A stretch of 63,062 nucleotides of DNA, filler included, from Octopus bimaculoides (lineage: Eukaryota), in assembly GCF_001194135.2 (NCBI RefSeq). It is 4 parts of 4 records of this genome, joined end to end, with 100 filler letters (N's around TTAATTAATTAA, not from the genome) between each part and the next. Parts side by side here need not be neighbours in the genome. Positions count along the whole stretch, not along the records: positions 39,951 to 58,513 come from NC_068993.1; positions 58,614 to 63,062 come from NC_068984.1; 2 more parts are not named here. One strand, written 5' to 3'. Shown in pieces: positions 50,216-63,062 of this stretch. The stretch's first letter is position 1. Every line of letters begins with the position of its first letter. The position numbers and the translations under genes are program-made. The notes beneath the pieces were generated by a model. It was not told where the DNA came from, did no database searches, and was given only the letters and a program-made list of their open reading frames with translations.

Positions 50216-50603
50216 GGCGCAGGAGTGGCTGTGTGGTAAGTTGGTAAGTAGCTTGCTTACCAACCACATGGTTCTGGGTTCAGTTCTACTGCGTGGCACT
50301 TTGGGAAAGTGTCTTCTACTATAGCCTCGGGCCGACCAAAGCCTTGTGAGTGGATTTGTTTACGGAAATTGAAAGGAGCTCGTCGCATATATGTATGTCT
50401 ATGTATATATATGTGTGTGTTTGTTTGTGTGTCTGCGCTTGCCCCCTCCCCCACTAACATCGCTTGACATCGCTTGACTTGCTGGTGTGAATATGTCCCC
50501 GTAAGTACTAGGCTTACAAAAATAAGTCCTGGGGTCTATTTGCTCGACTAAAATCGGTGCTCCAGCATGGCCGCAGTCAAATGACTGAAACAAGTAAAAG
50601 AGT
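50216..50603 (+). mobile_element. SINE family B
   Basis: ggcgcaggagtggctgtgtggtaag...atgactgaaacaagtaaaagag. Confidence 0.85.
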
Positions 50604-50981
50604 ATATGTATATATGTGTATATATATATATATAGTAATTGCAAGAATTTTAGAATTATAAGCCTTCACTGTATATCGACTATAGAAAATTCTAATGTTA
50701 AGACATATAAACATCCATGGGTTCGATTCCCACGCGAATTAATGGCCATTTTTCTCATCACAGGTGTTTATATGCCCTAACATTAGGTACTTTCTATAGC
50801 CGATATACAATGAAGGTATATAATTCTATTTACATTTCACCCGCCACACACTCACACATACACATGCACCCTGCCTGCTTTGTATGTGCATACAGATATG
50901 TATGTATATATGTATGTGTGTGTATATATATGTGTGTGTATGTATACATATATATATATGTATACATATATATATGCATAC

Positions 50982-51013
<32 letters not shown>

Positions 51014-51276
51014 ATATATATGTATATACATATATGTATATGTATATATGTAGATAGATAGATAGATAGATAGATATGTAACGCCAATATTGTGAAATCA
51101 GCCATTAAATTACTTGAAAGTATAAAGTTTAAAGTATAAATTATAAGCAATGACATGTCCATTAAAATGATCAAATGGAATCGAAGTTGTTTCATGGAAT
51201 TTACATAAATTCCTAAAATACAGACAAGTGCATTCGCCAATGTAACATTCATTATGTTTTATTATCATTATTATTA

Positions 51277-51317
<41 letters not shown>

Positions 51318-51929
51318 GTTATTATTATTATTATTATACAAACAGTCGATTAAAAACAAAAGTCTTTAACCTAACATCTGTTTTAAATTTTCTAATAGTA
51401 TAGACGTGATGCAACATTTATCATCGTTGTAGAATCCCTTGAAATCATGTAAAACTATCCATCTGGTGAGGGTATGTCTGTGAGCAGTAATTTTAACCTG
51501 AGACGGACGGTTGTGAATCACCCGAGTAATAAAATATAATGCTAGATCTGATGGTAAAGGTCAACCAAGACATTTGGTGTCCGACTTGGTACTGGAAATA
51601 GACTTTCTTGACATTTCCATGCAGAAAAGAAAAGAAGAGAGCATGAATTCAACATGGCTGTCCAAAAAAAGCGCACTTTAGTTATTTAGTGTTTCCATCT
51701 TTTGATATCTGTGGAATATAACTAAACGCCAATAGAGCTGGGTAGATTTTTGCCTTGTACTCTCGAAAGTATTGTCGGTATGTGAACCATCGACGTTGTA
51801 GTATGTCCCAAAAGAAGAATGGTCATGACCGTAAAACATTTGGTCATAGTTCTGCTCGATCAGGGTTGAACTAGGGCTAAATAACAATACCAACAACAGC
51901 GTATTATTCTCTTGTTTATTTGATACAAG

Positions 51930-52087
51930 CGCCGCAAGAGTGGCTTTGTGGTAAGAAGTTCTCAACTACATGGTTCTGGGTTCAATCCCACTGCGTGACA
52001 ACTTGGAAAAATGTTTTCTACTATAGCCACGCGCTGAACAAAGCCTTTTGAGTGGATTTGGTAAATGGAAACTGAAAGAAGCCCGTC

Positions 52088-52150
<63 letters not shown>

Positions 52151-52380
52151 CATATACATGTGTGTATGTGCTTTTTGTGCTTGTGTCTGTTCCTCACCAC
52201 CGCTCTATAAGCGGTGTTGGTGTGTTTACATCTCCGTAACTTAGGTTCGGCAAAAGAGACCAATAGAAAAATACCAGGCTTTTAAAAAGCCCTGGGATCG
52301 ATTTTTTCGACTAAGATCCTTCAATGCGTTGCCCCATCATGGTCACAGTCAGATGACCGAAATAAGTAAGAGATAAAAGA
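51930..52380 (+). mobile_element. SINE family B
   Basis: Same head, microsatellite middle and tail. Confidence 0.8.
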
Positions 52381-52599
52381 TATTACGGAGGAAAACATAT
52401 ATGCTAGTTAGACAGGTTTAGTTTAACTTTTGTTTTATATTTAAAGTCTTCATCGACCAACGCTGACCGTATATTTACACCATGACGCAGACCTGAGCAA
52501 GAGATTTTATGTAAGACCAGCAATTACCCGAACATACAAGTCTCCCTTCACAACACTATTGGTGTTCTCTAATGGAAAATGTCTTTCATAAAGGCCTAT

Positions 52600-52735
52600 A
52601 TATCCTGTCACCAATGTACACAGTGTTGCCGTCAGAGCTTTGCTCAAAGACACAACGCGCTACCTGGTTCGTGAATTGTATCCCTCGACTTAACGATCCC
52701 GAACCCAGCACCGAAACCATTACGCCACCACTTAC
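52600..52735 (-). mobile_element. SINE family C (decayed)
   Basis: Reverse reads gtggcgtaatggtttcggtgc...gcgcgttgtgtctttgagcaaagc. Confidence 0.5.
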
Positions 52736-53271
52736 TTTCACAAAATTACACAAGAAAAGTACAGTAAAAAAGAGAATAATGTATGTATTCATTCTTAATA
52801 CATTATGGAAGATTCGAAAGTGGATATCTAATCGCTGTTGTTTATCGTCATTAGAGAATATCTTCTCACTTTCCACGATGTGTATTCATAACACACGTGA
52901 TTCATTGATGTAAGAGGGCTTTCATAAACCACTGTGATGTTTCGACCTTATTGTGTTTCCTCAATAAAAGTTACATCCGCCAAACCGATGAGTCTAACAA
53001 GAGCACGGGTCTCTTGTTCATAGAAACCAGCAAAACATCTCCGCTGACGAAAAACAACAGCAATCAGCATAATCACATTCGAATCCGCCAGAACGAATGA
53101 AGAATGAATAGTTATGCTAGTGTATGGATTCTAACTGTTCCGCGTGGAACTTATGAATATCACACAAAGAAAGATTCTAAGAAAATAAGGGAGAAAGAAA
53201 AAAGTTTGCTGTTGAGCCTATCGGAAAGTGAGATTGTCAAGAAGCAATTTACGTTAACTCTCACCTAGCTC

Positions 53272-53709
53272 TATTTCTTTTCTACTCTAGGCACAAGGCT
53301 CGAAATTTCGGTGGAAGAAGGCCAGTCGATTAGTTCGACCCCACTACGTAACTGGTACTTAATTTATCGACCCCGAAAGGATGGAAGGCAAAGTCGACCT
53401 AGGCGGTATTTGAATTCAGAACGTAAAGACAGACGAAATACCGCTAAGCATCTCGCACGGCGTGCTAACGTTTCTTATTTCTTTATTGCCCACAAGGGGC
53501 TAAACATAGAGGGGACAAACAAGGACCGACAAAGGGATTAAGTTGATTACATCGCCCCCAGTGCGTAACTGGTACTTAATTTATCGACCCTGAGAGGAGG
53601 AAAGGTGAAGTCGACCTCGGCGGAATTTGAACTCAGAATGTAACAGCAAACGAAATAACGCTAAGCATTTCACCCAGCGTGCTAACGTTTCTGCCAGCTC
53701 ACCGCCTTC
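53272..53709 (-). mobile_element. Two tandem family A SINEs of different subtypes
   Basis: Two successive cores (aaggatggaaggcaaagtcgacc and aggaggaaaggtgaagtcgacc) with different 3' tails. Confidence 0.85.
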
Positions 53710-54235
53710 GCCTAGTTCTATTTCTATTTGTCTCCTGAACGTTATGTCCTTCTTATCGACGGAGATTATGATATCGTCTTGTATAACATAGTTACATGTC
53801 TCTAGTTTCAGATTTATTTCCTTTCACCTCTCAAAGAAAACCAGAATGGAATAAAGTTGATCAAAATCAACTCCCGACAATATTCCATACGAAGATAAAT
53901 GTTTACTTTCGAAGCGAAATGCAGCCTCTTTATTACAGAAACTTTTATTTTTATTTATTTATTTTTTATTTTATTTATTTTTTATTTTATTTTTTTGTTG
54001 ATGGTGCTTTCGATTCTTTCTTTTCGGTAAAATAAGAATCAGTTAAGCTGATATTTGAAGAATGGAAATCTGAAGAGTTCTTGTTTGTACATACATGACC
54101 TCTGCTTCCAAGTAAAAACGTACTTAACACTGTCACTGAGCGCTTAGAATGTTTCCTTTCCCTAAAAGATGTGGCAGTGTTTAGATTACACTCGTTATGA
54201 GGGATAACTATTTATTTGACTCTGTGGTCATTCTT

Positions 54236-54266
<31 letters not shown>

Positions 54267-55155
54267 TTATTATTATTATTATTATTATTATCGTTGTTGT
54301 CGTCGTTGTGTTGCTTATGTTTCTGTTTCTCTGTTAATTCTATTATTGATAAAAATCTGTTTCTGGTGTAAAACTAGTTGCTTATACAATAAAGTAATTC
54401 TTTGAAGCAGCCACTGTGATTGAAGAGTGTTCCACGAAAATCGGTAAATTGATATGTGTGTGAATGTGTGTGTGTGTGTGCGTGTGTGTGTGTNNNNNNN
54501 NNNNNNNNNNNNNNNNNNNNNNNNNNNNNNNNNNNNNNNNNNNNNNNNNNNNNNNNNNNNNNNNNNNNNNNNNNNNNNNNNNNNNNNNNNNNNNNNNNNN
54601 NNNNNNNNNNNNNNNNNNNNNNNNNNNNNNNNNNNNNNNNNNNNNNNNNNNNNNNNNNNNNNNNNNNNNNNNNNNNNNNNNNNNNNNNNNNNNNNNNNNN
54701 NNNNNNNNNNNNNNNNNNNNNNNNNNNNNNNNNNNNNNNNNNNNNNNNNNNNNNNNNNNNNNNNNNNNNNNNNNNNNNNNNNNNNNNNNNNNNNNNNNNN
54801 NNNNNNNNNNNNNNNNNNNNNNNNNNNNNNNNNNNNNNNNNNNNNNNNNNNNNNNNNNNNNNNNNNNNNNNNNNNNNNNNNNNNNNNNNNNNNNNNNNNN
54901 NNNNNNNNNNNNNNNNNNNNNNNNNNNNNNNNNNNNNNNNNNNNNNNNNNNNNNNNNNNNNNNNNNNNNNNNNNNNNNNNNNNNNNNNNNNNNNNNNNNN
55001 NNNNNNNNNNNNNNNNNNNNNNNNNNNNNNNNNNNNNNNNNNNNNNNNNNNNNNNNNNNNNNNNNNNNNNNNNNNNNNNNNNNNNNNNNNNNNNNNNNNN
55101 NNNNNNATTTAAATATACATATGTACATATATATATCTATATATCTATTTACATG

Positions 55156-55196
<41 letters not shown>

Positions 55197-56456
55197 TATA
55201 GAGCGAAAGAAGATAATATTTGATGAACAATGAATATTTGGAATCATACTCGGATCTAGTCAATAGGTTGATAGTCAAAGAGTTCACGATCTACTATGAT
55301 GTATCTGTTTGACAAGGGAGTTAACTCTCCTCCAGCCTTATTCACCTGTCTATAAAGGGATATTCTTATGCAGCAGCAGGCCATTGATGTAGCTAGAGTG
55401 TGTGGTGCCTCGGAGCATCAATTGAGTTTGCCGACCCTTCACTTCCGCTATACAAACTTATACAGCACACTCAAATGTGTTACTTTCATAAAAGTATCGT
55501 CCGAGGTGGACTGCCCCTATCACCTTCCATTGTTATGTGACTGCTCCAAGCGTTAATACACATTTTATATTGTAAACCAAATCAAAGTTTTAAATCTGCT
55601 ATATGCAATTGAGGTCGTATTTGATTGAAATAGACACCTATATATCATACTTAATATGTACATATTGTCGATAGCCCAGTTACTGCAGTATTTGTCTTGA
55701 AGCAACATTTCTCTTGGATTTGTTGCTTTTAACACAATGAATATCAAATAGGAACGAAAATTTATTCAAACAACCGCCAGTGAGAGTGCTAGGTGTATTT
55801 CGGCCTTTTTTATCCTTTTCAATGACGCGTACGCTCAACCAGTCCCTTGTCCGAACGACGGTTCGTCGCCTCTGATATAGGAAAAAATGAATGAAGTATT
55901 CACTGAGGTTGCAAATAGCCGCCCGGCTGAATAAAAATCCGGTTTACTCAATAGAAGCAGCGTTTAATTAAAATTGTCATATTTATAACATCCTTATAAT
56001 GTATACATACTGTCGATAGGCTATTTACTTCAGTAACTACCCTTTTGACAGTGCGTATATATAAAGTATACTATATACATGGTTATTTTGAAAGTTTAAA
56101 ATTATTTTGAGAACAAGCAAACAAAATGTCTATATCACCGATTTACGCTTAGAGTTCAAATCTCAACCCATGTGACTTTGCCGTTCATCTATTCTGGGTC
56201 GCTTAAAACCGTACCTGTTAAGTACTGTCGTGGGGGTCAGATTCGATATAACTGACTACGCCTACCCTATATATTTGGAGTTTGCTTTGTTTTTCATCTC
56301 ACGGGGAATTGGTGAAGTACGTGCCAAACAATTAACCATCATCAGATTTCCCCTGCATTATTTGACTAACTGCAAGAACTTAACTGTCAATTATATTTAG
56401 CAGATTTGAATATTTATCACAAGCCCTGTGGCCGTACAGGGGCTCCATCATTCATA

Positions 56457-56489
<33 letters not shown>

Positions 56490-58053
56490 TCTTTCATATT
56501 GTTTTTTTTTGTTTTTTTTTGCTTTCTTGTAAATAAATTTGTGTGTAGCTTTGTGAAATAAGAAAATTGGTTGTTAGTGTTTTCTATAAGAAAAATTATG
56601 AAAAATAAAATAAAACTGCAGTCGTCCTTTGGAATCGAAGATTTTAGTAACATGTACCATCTTTTCACTAATTGATTTAAATGGTTATATGAAGTCTCGA
56701 ACAGTCATAGACATCATTTTTTTTCTTCTTTTTTTTTGTTAATTTTCATAGAGTGAATAAATGTTATATTGAAATATTTTGAGAATGTCTTGCAGAAAAT
56801 TTTCACGGAGTTACAGCAAAGCAGCTTTCTTATTGTTCCTTTTTTTACGGCATGTTGGGGTGGAGAAGTATTTTTAACAAGTTATGCATTTATCTAAAGT
56901 AATGTGGCCTATTAGTTAAAGTGTTAGGCTCATGACCATAACATCGTGGTTTCGATTGCTGGATCGGTCGCCTTTAAGCGAGGCACTCCAGTGGACGTTA
57001 CTCCAGGTACTCAACTGAAGTTAAATACAAACAAACCAAGTACTAGTGCAATCTTTCTCCTTCCAACCGTCATATTGTCGATGCTCTACTGGTTCAGGGA
57101 GTGAAAAGGCCAAAAGGGTATCAATGTCTGAGTAACGAAAACATAGGCTCCAAAGGCGATGACCGAAAGTATGGGACACTTGCGAGTGACAGCAGTAATA
57201 CATTTATTTCTGTGCAAATCATCGAATACAAAGCTTTGTACTATTAGTTCTGGCTCTTTATGCGCCATGTTCAAATCTTAGGCCTCTTATCTTTTCAAGG
57301 AACTATTTCCATATAAAGGATCGGTAGTATTTTCAGTGAGTCGGCACCAACGCCTTGCGTTATCAGGTTCAGTTTTTTATGTTTTGGGTTCAAATACGGC
57401 CAAGGCACCTCCGGTCAGGGTTAATCAGCCAACCACATGGGTACATGAACCCAGCGAGGACAAGAGAGACAATATACAGCATAGTAGTCTAACAATAGCA
57501 CGTTGAAGCCTTCATCTAGTAATGGGTAATGGATCGACAGTGGCTGGATAAAATGCAATAGTTTAAAAATAATGTGTCGTGATGGAAACAAGACAGTATT
57601 TAGTGGGTAGGGCATGCACAATATTTTGTCAAAACTCGATACACAGCTGTGTACCATAGTTGGTATAAGCGGTTGTTTTGTTTTTGAATGCTTGTATTGA
57701 AACATGCCCACCGGCTGTTTCAACGTACTTTACTGGTAATTAAATAATGAAGCAGTTTTGAAACATAGGAAATTTAATTAAGTGTTAAAGATAGGTGAAA
57801 AGTTCTCCTGAATAAATAAATAAGCTACACAGAAATGTTTTTGATGTGTGTATGCGTGTTTGTTTGTGTGCGCGTGTGTGCGTGTGCGTGTGTGTGTGTG
57901 TATGTGTGTGTGTAAATATGCTTTTTCTATTTGTATTTCTAAATGTGTATGCACGTGAACGTTTAACTATGATTGTTTCTGCTTGTTTGTAAGTTAGTGT
58001 GTGTGTGTCAGCAAGAGAGAAAGAGAGAGGTGGGGACGGGAGAGAGTGAAAGA

Positions 58054-58116
<63 letters not shown>

Positions 58117-58513
58117 CATGCTTATTTATGATTGTGTTTGTAAGTGCACGTGTGTTTACGAGTGCGTAAATATATTTATGTTTGTGCGTGTGTGAGTAAA
58201 TCCATGTATATGTGTGCGTATTTGTGTATAGCTTAGTTGCATAGGTGTGTGTAAGTTCATTGTAAAAGAGTCCATGCTGCTATATATGCGAACGTGCATA
58301 AGAGTGTGCGTGAGAGCGTACATGGATGTCTGTGCAAGAGTGTCTCTGTGTGTTGGTATGTAAGTGTGCATAAATACGTGTGTATGTGCGTGCGTGTTTT
58401 CTAGAGCGATCTATGGCGGTTTTCCTGATGCAGTTTACGCTACAAAGGGATGAGCGGGCCGTAATATATTCAACCTGGAGACAATATATGGAAGACGACT
58501 GTTTGCGATGAAA

Positions 58514-58613
58514 NNNNNNNNNNNNNNNNNNNNNNNNNNNNNNNNNNNNNNNNNNNNTTAATTAATTAANNNNNNNNNNNNNNNNNNNNNNNNNNNNNNN
58601 NNNNNNNNNNNNN
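58514..58613. other. Artificial linker N44-TTAATTAATTAA-N44
   Basis: Same pattern as 23984. Confidence 0.9.
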
Positions 58614-58767
58614 GGTCTTGTGCAACAATTAAAAATCCTTCAGTCTCTGCTTTGAGTCCTGAGCTTCTCAGCCATTGCTGGGATTTTTCTCTGTCTATTT
58701 CTTTCGCATTTAGTTTAGCCCAGTATTTACCATGTAGGGGCTTTTCTTCTTCTTCTTCTTCTTCTTC

Positions 58768-58809
<42 letters not shown>

Positions 58810-59042
58810 GTTTTATTATTATTGCGTGTTGTTGTTGTTTTTGTTCTCGTCAGTACCAGCAACAGCTGTATTAGTTTCAATATCAATGTTTTCTCTTTGA
58901 CTTCTTACACGCTTATCAATTCTTGAACTTTCTTGTGATTTTCATATCGAAATTTATAACTCTTGACAGAATGCTAAATATACACCCATTAACTATCTTT
59001 TTCTATCTTCGATCGCATTGGAGTAAAGATTTTTGCCAACAT

Positions 59043-59187
59043 AACATGGCAGTCCTGGCTTAGGACGAATGTTGCTGTAATTTAGCCCCAGGAGACATCG
59101 TTTCCAGCTGGCTATACGACACGATCTGAGTCCTTATATCTTTGCTAAATTACAGCAACATTCGTCCTAAACCAGGGCTGCTATGTT
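59043..59187. repeat. Foldback/MITE-like inverted repeat
   Basis: taggacgaatgttgctgtaatttagc (59061-59086) is the perfect reverse complement of 59144-59169; imperfect pairing extends outward to arms of about 44 bp. Confidence 0.8.
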
Positions 59188-61074
59188 GTTTTGGTTGGCA
59201 AAAATCTTTACTCCAAAGTACTGTTGCTGAATATCTCGTTGTGAGATTTAAAAATAGTAATTTTCTAACTCGATCGCATTGTTTACATAGACATATACAT
59301 ATAGGAAACGTTGTAACTTTTTCAGTGTTGGCTCTGAATTTTATAGGAAATCTATAGAGAAAATTAAAAGTGATTAAATCGCACTGCTAACACAAAAGGT
59401 AGGACACAGTATTAGCTTATAGACATTTAATACACTTAGTAGTATGTTTTGACTGCAAAACGAAATACAGTGTCCCTACCAGCAATTAATTCATGATAGC
59501 GTCTACCTCGCCATCCACATGTTGCTTTCCATGTGTTCTTTGAAAACGATAAGAATTTGATTGCAGAGGAAAACTCCTGTTTTCAAGTTATTAAACACGT
59601 CCGCAACCCTGCTTTTTTTTTTATCATAGCCACCAAAAAAAAAAAACAAAAGGAAAACGAGGAAGGGGACAAATCGAATTACAGTAACGTTTCGGTTGAA
59701 AGCCGTATCCATTCTATACCACGTTGTTACTGTTAGATAAATGCCCACAAGTTGACAATAGATTGACTCTGGACAAAAACATGCAGGACCGTTTCGTTGA
59801 ACTATTTGCCTTTCGGACATGTTCAGCTGTCGACATCTGTGCATAATGAACTTATTTCGAACAGGTAACACTAGATCTGTAGCAATGCCATGACAAAGAG
59901 TTTTGGAAATGTTCTTCAATAAATAACCTGAAAGTCTACAAAATGACACCGCTTCGACTGTCCTTGTCGATACCTCATGTCGTTCCCAGGTCATCGTCTC
60001 TGCAGGTCATTGTTGCTGACCTTTTCTGTTAACCCTGTATGAAATGCGAGTAATATCTTTCCACCGAATGCATTGTTTTGCTGGTAGTATGCAAGGAACA
60101 TTCGAGATACTTCGTCGGTTTGCCCTTGACTACAGCTCAGTCAAAACAGATGAGATAAGGAAGACGTGTTGCGCGAGCGGCCAAGTTACCGTTGTTATCA
60201 TCGATTTTGTCATAAACTTTCTGCAGGTGCTCCAACCTCAAATCGTACCTGCACATCATCACACACGGTATCTTGATCTGCAGAACCATCTATTCTGTTT
60301 AATCGATCACGAAAGGATAACAATCTAATGTTGACCTCGTGAGGATGAAAATTCTGAATGTAAAAACAAAGAACAAAACAGAAAAGCAATATAAATGGTT
60401 CCCGCACTTCTCCGTAAAAGCCGATAACATCAGAATTGAATTCTGTCTTAAGATGGCATTCGGGAATGAAACTTGGAATGAGTTTTAGCTGGAATACAAT
60501 AAATATCACTCGTGATGGTTAACCTAGTACGGTGACAGACTCGTTGAGTTGTCATAGCAACTACGTGAGTTGGTTAGCTGCCGAGTTTAATTAAATTTTG
60601 ACGGCCCATTGAACTTGTATCGGAGAAATAGATAAATGTGTGTGTGAGAGGAGGGTGTGGGCATGTGGGAGCATTTACAAATGAGGGGGAAAATAATAAA
60701 TATAGACGTTTATTTGGAAGTGAGGCTTTTAACTGTTGCTACACTGAATTTATATATACATCTATGCGTGTGTTTAAGATCGGAAGAGCGNNNNNNNNNN
60801 NNNNNNNNNNNNNNNNNNNNNNNNNNNNNNNNNNNNNNNNNNNNNNNNNNNNNNNNNNNNNNNNNNNNNNNNNNNNNNNNNNNNNNNNNNNNNNNNNNNN
60901 NNNNNNNNNNNNNNNNNNNNNNNNNNNNNNNNNNNNNNNNNNNNNNATATATATATATATATATATAGTGTATATGTATGTGTCTGTATATATATATGTG
61001 TGTGTGTGTGTATGTATTTATATATATATACATACACATACATATACAGTGTGTATATATATACGCGTGTGCGT

Positions 61075-61275
61075 GTTTGTTCCGCCACTACTGCTTTACA
61101 ACCAGTGTTGGTGTGTTTACGTCCCGTAACTCAGCATTTCGGCAAAACAGACCGATAGAATTAGAACCAGGCTTTAAAAAAAAAGAAAATAGCAGGGTCG
61201 ATTCATTCGACTAAAATTTCTTCAAGGCGATGCCCCAGCATGACCGTAATCTAATGACTAAAACAGGTAAAAGGT
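61075..61275 (+). mobile_element. SINE family B 3' half
   Basis: accagtgttggtgtgtttacgtcccgtaac...cggcaaaacagaccgatagaa...atgactaaaacaggtaaaag. Confidence 0.7.
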
Positions 61276-61499
61276 ATTTCTATCGACGTGTGTACGTGAG
61301 CTTACGTCAACTCAAAGCTAAAGCGAAGTCATTCATCCAAGGTGCCCCTAAGTAGAATCGAAACGGGAAACATGTGATCACTAAGCCAACCTCTTTACCA
61401 CGAAGCCAATCCTGTTCTCATAAACATACCTGCATTGCCAAACTGAAGTATTCTACTTTACAAAAGTGAAATGCGTGTCTACGTGTGTGTGTGTGTGTC

Positions 61500-61545
<46 letters not shown>

Positions 61546-61807
61546 GTGGTGTATATATGTGTGTAAGTGTGCCTGTGAATACGTATTTGCATGTGTGAGT
61601 TTATGGATGAGCATTGGCATGAGTTGGCAACGTTACTTTCTAAAAGTACAATCGTTAGACGGAGATTTCCCTAACAGTAAAACCAGGTTGTTAAAGCTAT
61701 GTATTGGAGATTAAGTTCAATTCTAGTACACAGGCGCATACACATGTGTGTGCATCTAGTTGTGAGTGAAAATATATCTATACATACATATACTAGCATA
61801 TAGATAC

Positions 61808-61853
<46 letters not shown>

Positions 61854-62107
61854 ATGTATATATACATATATATACATATATATATGTAGATATGAATGTA
61901 CGTATGTATGTATTTGAAGAATTTAACATTGTCATATGTGTGTGTGTTCGTATATGCGTGTGCTTGGGTGTGTATGTATCTACTTATCTATCTCTCTATT
62001 TGTCTCTCTGTCTTTCTGTCTCTCTATATATACGTATCTATACGTATATACATGTGTGTGTGTGTATGTATATATGTATATGTATATATAAATATATATA
62101 TGTATAG

Positions 62108-62184
<77 letters not shown>

Positions 62185-62699
62185 TGTATATATATTTAAA
62201 GAATTTAAGATTCTGTCGTATCTGACGTATAAGTTCTTCGAGACCTGAGGCAAAATTATCGATTGCACAACAGCTGGTTGTCTTAGAAACTGTTCACTCG
62301 TGATCGCTAAACTAGGACAATATCAGAAGTGACTCGTGTGGAATCGTCATAGCAACAGTATGGTTTGGTTAACTGCCACACTTAGTTAAATTAGGACAGC
62401 TTATTTTCGTTGCGATGTCAGAGAGCTATTTATTGTGTCTTTGGTGACACATCAACCACCCTTCCGTTCAACCCCCAACTCCACCACAATCACAACACAT
62501 CCTCCAACACCACCCCTGTCGTTCGAGTCTTCGATCTCGTTATGATGAACGTCATGGGATTTTGAAATATTCGATTAGTTTGAGATGTAAAAATATTTGC
62601 TAGATATATAAAAATTCCATTGAAAAAATGGCATATGTGTGTGACAGTGTGGGCGCGCGCATGTGCGTGTGTGTGTGTGTGTGAATTTGTATGTGCGTA

Positions 62700-62739
<40 letters not shown>

Positions 62740-62749
62740 NNNNNNNNNN

Positions 62750-62785
<36 letters not shown>

Positions 62786-62864
62786 GTAAGTATGTATGTA
62801 TGTATTATGTATGTATATATATATATAGGGGGAGAATTCACAAAAAGAAAGAAATACTGGTGGT

Positions 62865-63000
62865 GTAGACAACAAACAGATGTATTAGTACAACGCTCGG
62901 GAAGTGAAAATGTATTTAACGTTTCGAGCCTACGCTCTTCCACAGAAAGGAACACAGAAACAAACAAGGAGAAAAAATAAATGTGTAGTGGCTAACGATG
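62865..63000. mobile_element. Short repeat with a Penelope-like terminal motif
   Basis: aacgtttcgagcctacgctcttc resembles the ACGTTTCG...CTCTTC signature of Penelope-type termini. Confidence 0.4.
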
Positions 63001-63021
63001 TATCATGTCTATATATATATG

Positions 63022-63062
<41 letters not shown>

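Noticed and set aside
55760-57110. Possible minus-strand exons at about 55760-55871 and 57040-57130, and a similar one near 49410-49510
   Set aside because: Only weak splice-like motifs with unrecognisable peptides; cannot be supported without transcript data.

Overview
Eukaryotic, AT-rich, microsatellite- and SINE-rich DNA. The SINE families and repeat landscape look like octopus/cephalopod genome sequence; this is an inference from remembered repeat consensus sequences, not a database hit. Three identical 100-nt spacers (44 N + TTAATTAATTAA + 44 N, at 23984, 39851 and 58514) are artificial joins, so the window is probably four unrelated pieces. No intact host protein-coding gene is recognisable, and most listed ORFs are microsatellite or N-gap artefacts. 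Piece 1 (1-23983) is unusual. It is a tightly packed mosaic of about 20 short protein-coding fragments from unrelated mobile elements: Tx1/L1-like ORF1 x4 plus endonuclease and RT pieces, Merlin x6, piggyBac, mariner, Helitron, Gypsy, Penelope x2, CR1-like, and a viral-type phospholipase A2. About 19 of 20 lie on the minus strand, downstream of a plus-strand TATA-containing region and a candidate non-coding spliced exon. This architecture resembles a flamenco-like uni-strand piRNA cluster (hypothesis). The same piece ends in a parvovirus/Polinton-type PLA2 ORF cassette, a 260-bp inverted repeat with promoter-like motifs, and 237-bp tandem ankyrin exon+intron units. Pieces 2-4 (24084-63062) are ordinary intergenic/intronic DNA with SINEs, microsatellites, a mariner MITE and a few decayed TE remnants on both strands. 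All family assignments come from manual translation and motif recognition; boundaries of decayed elements are approximate.
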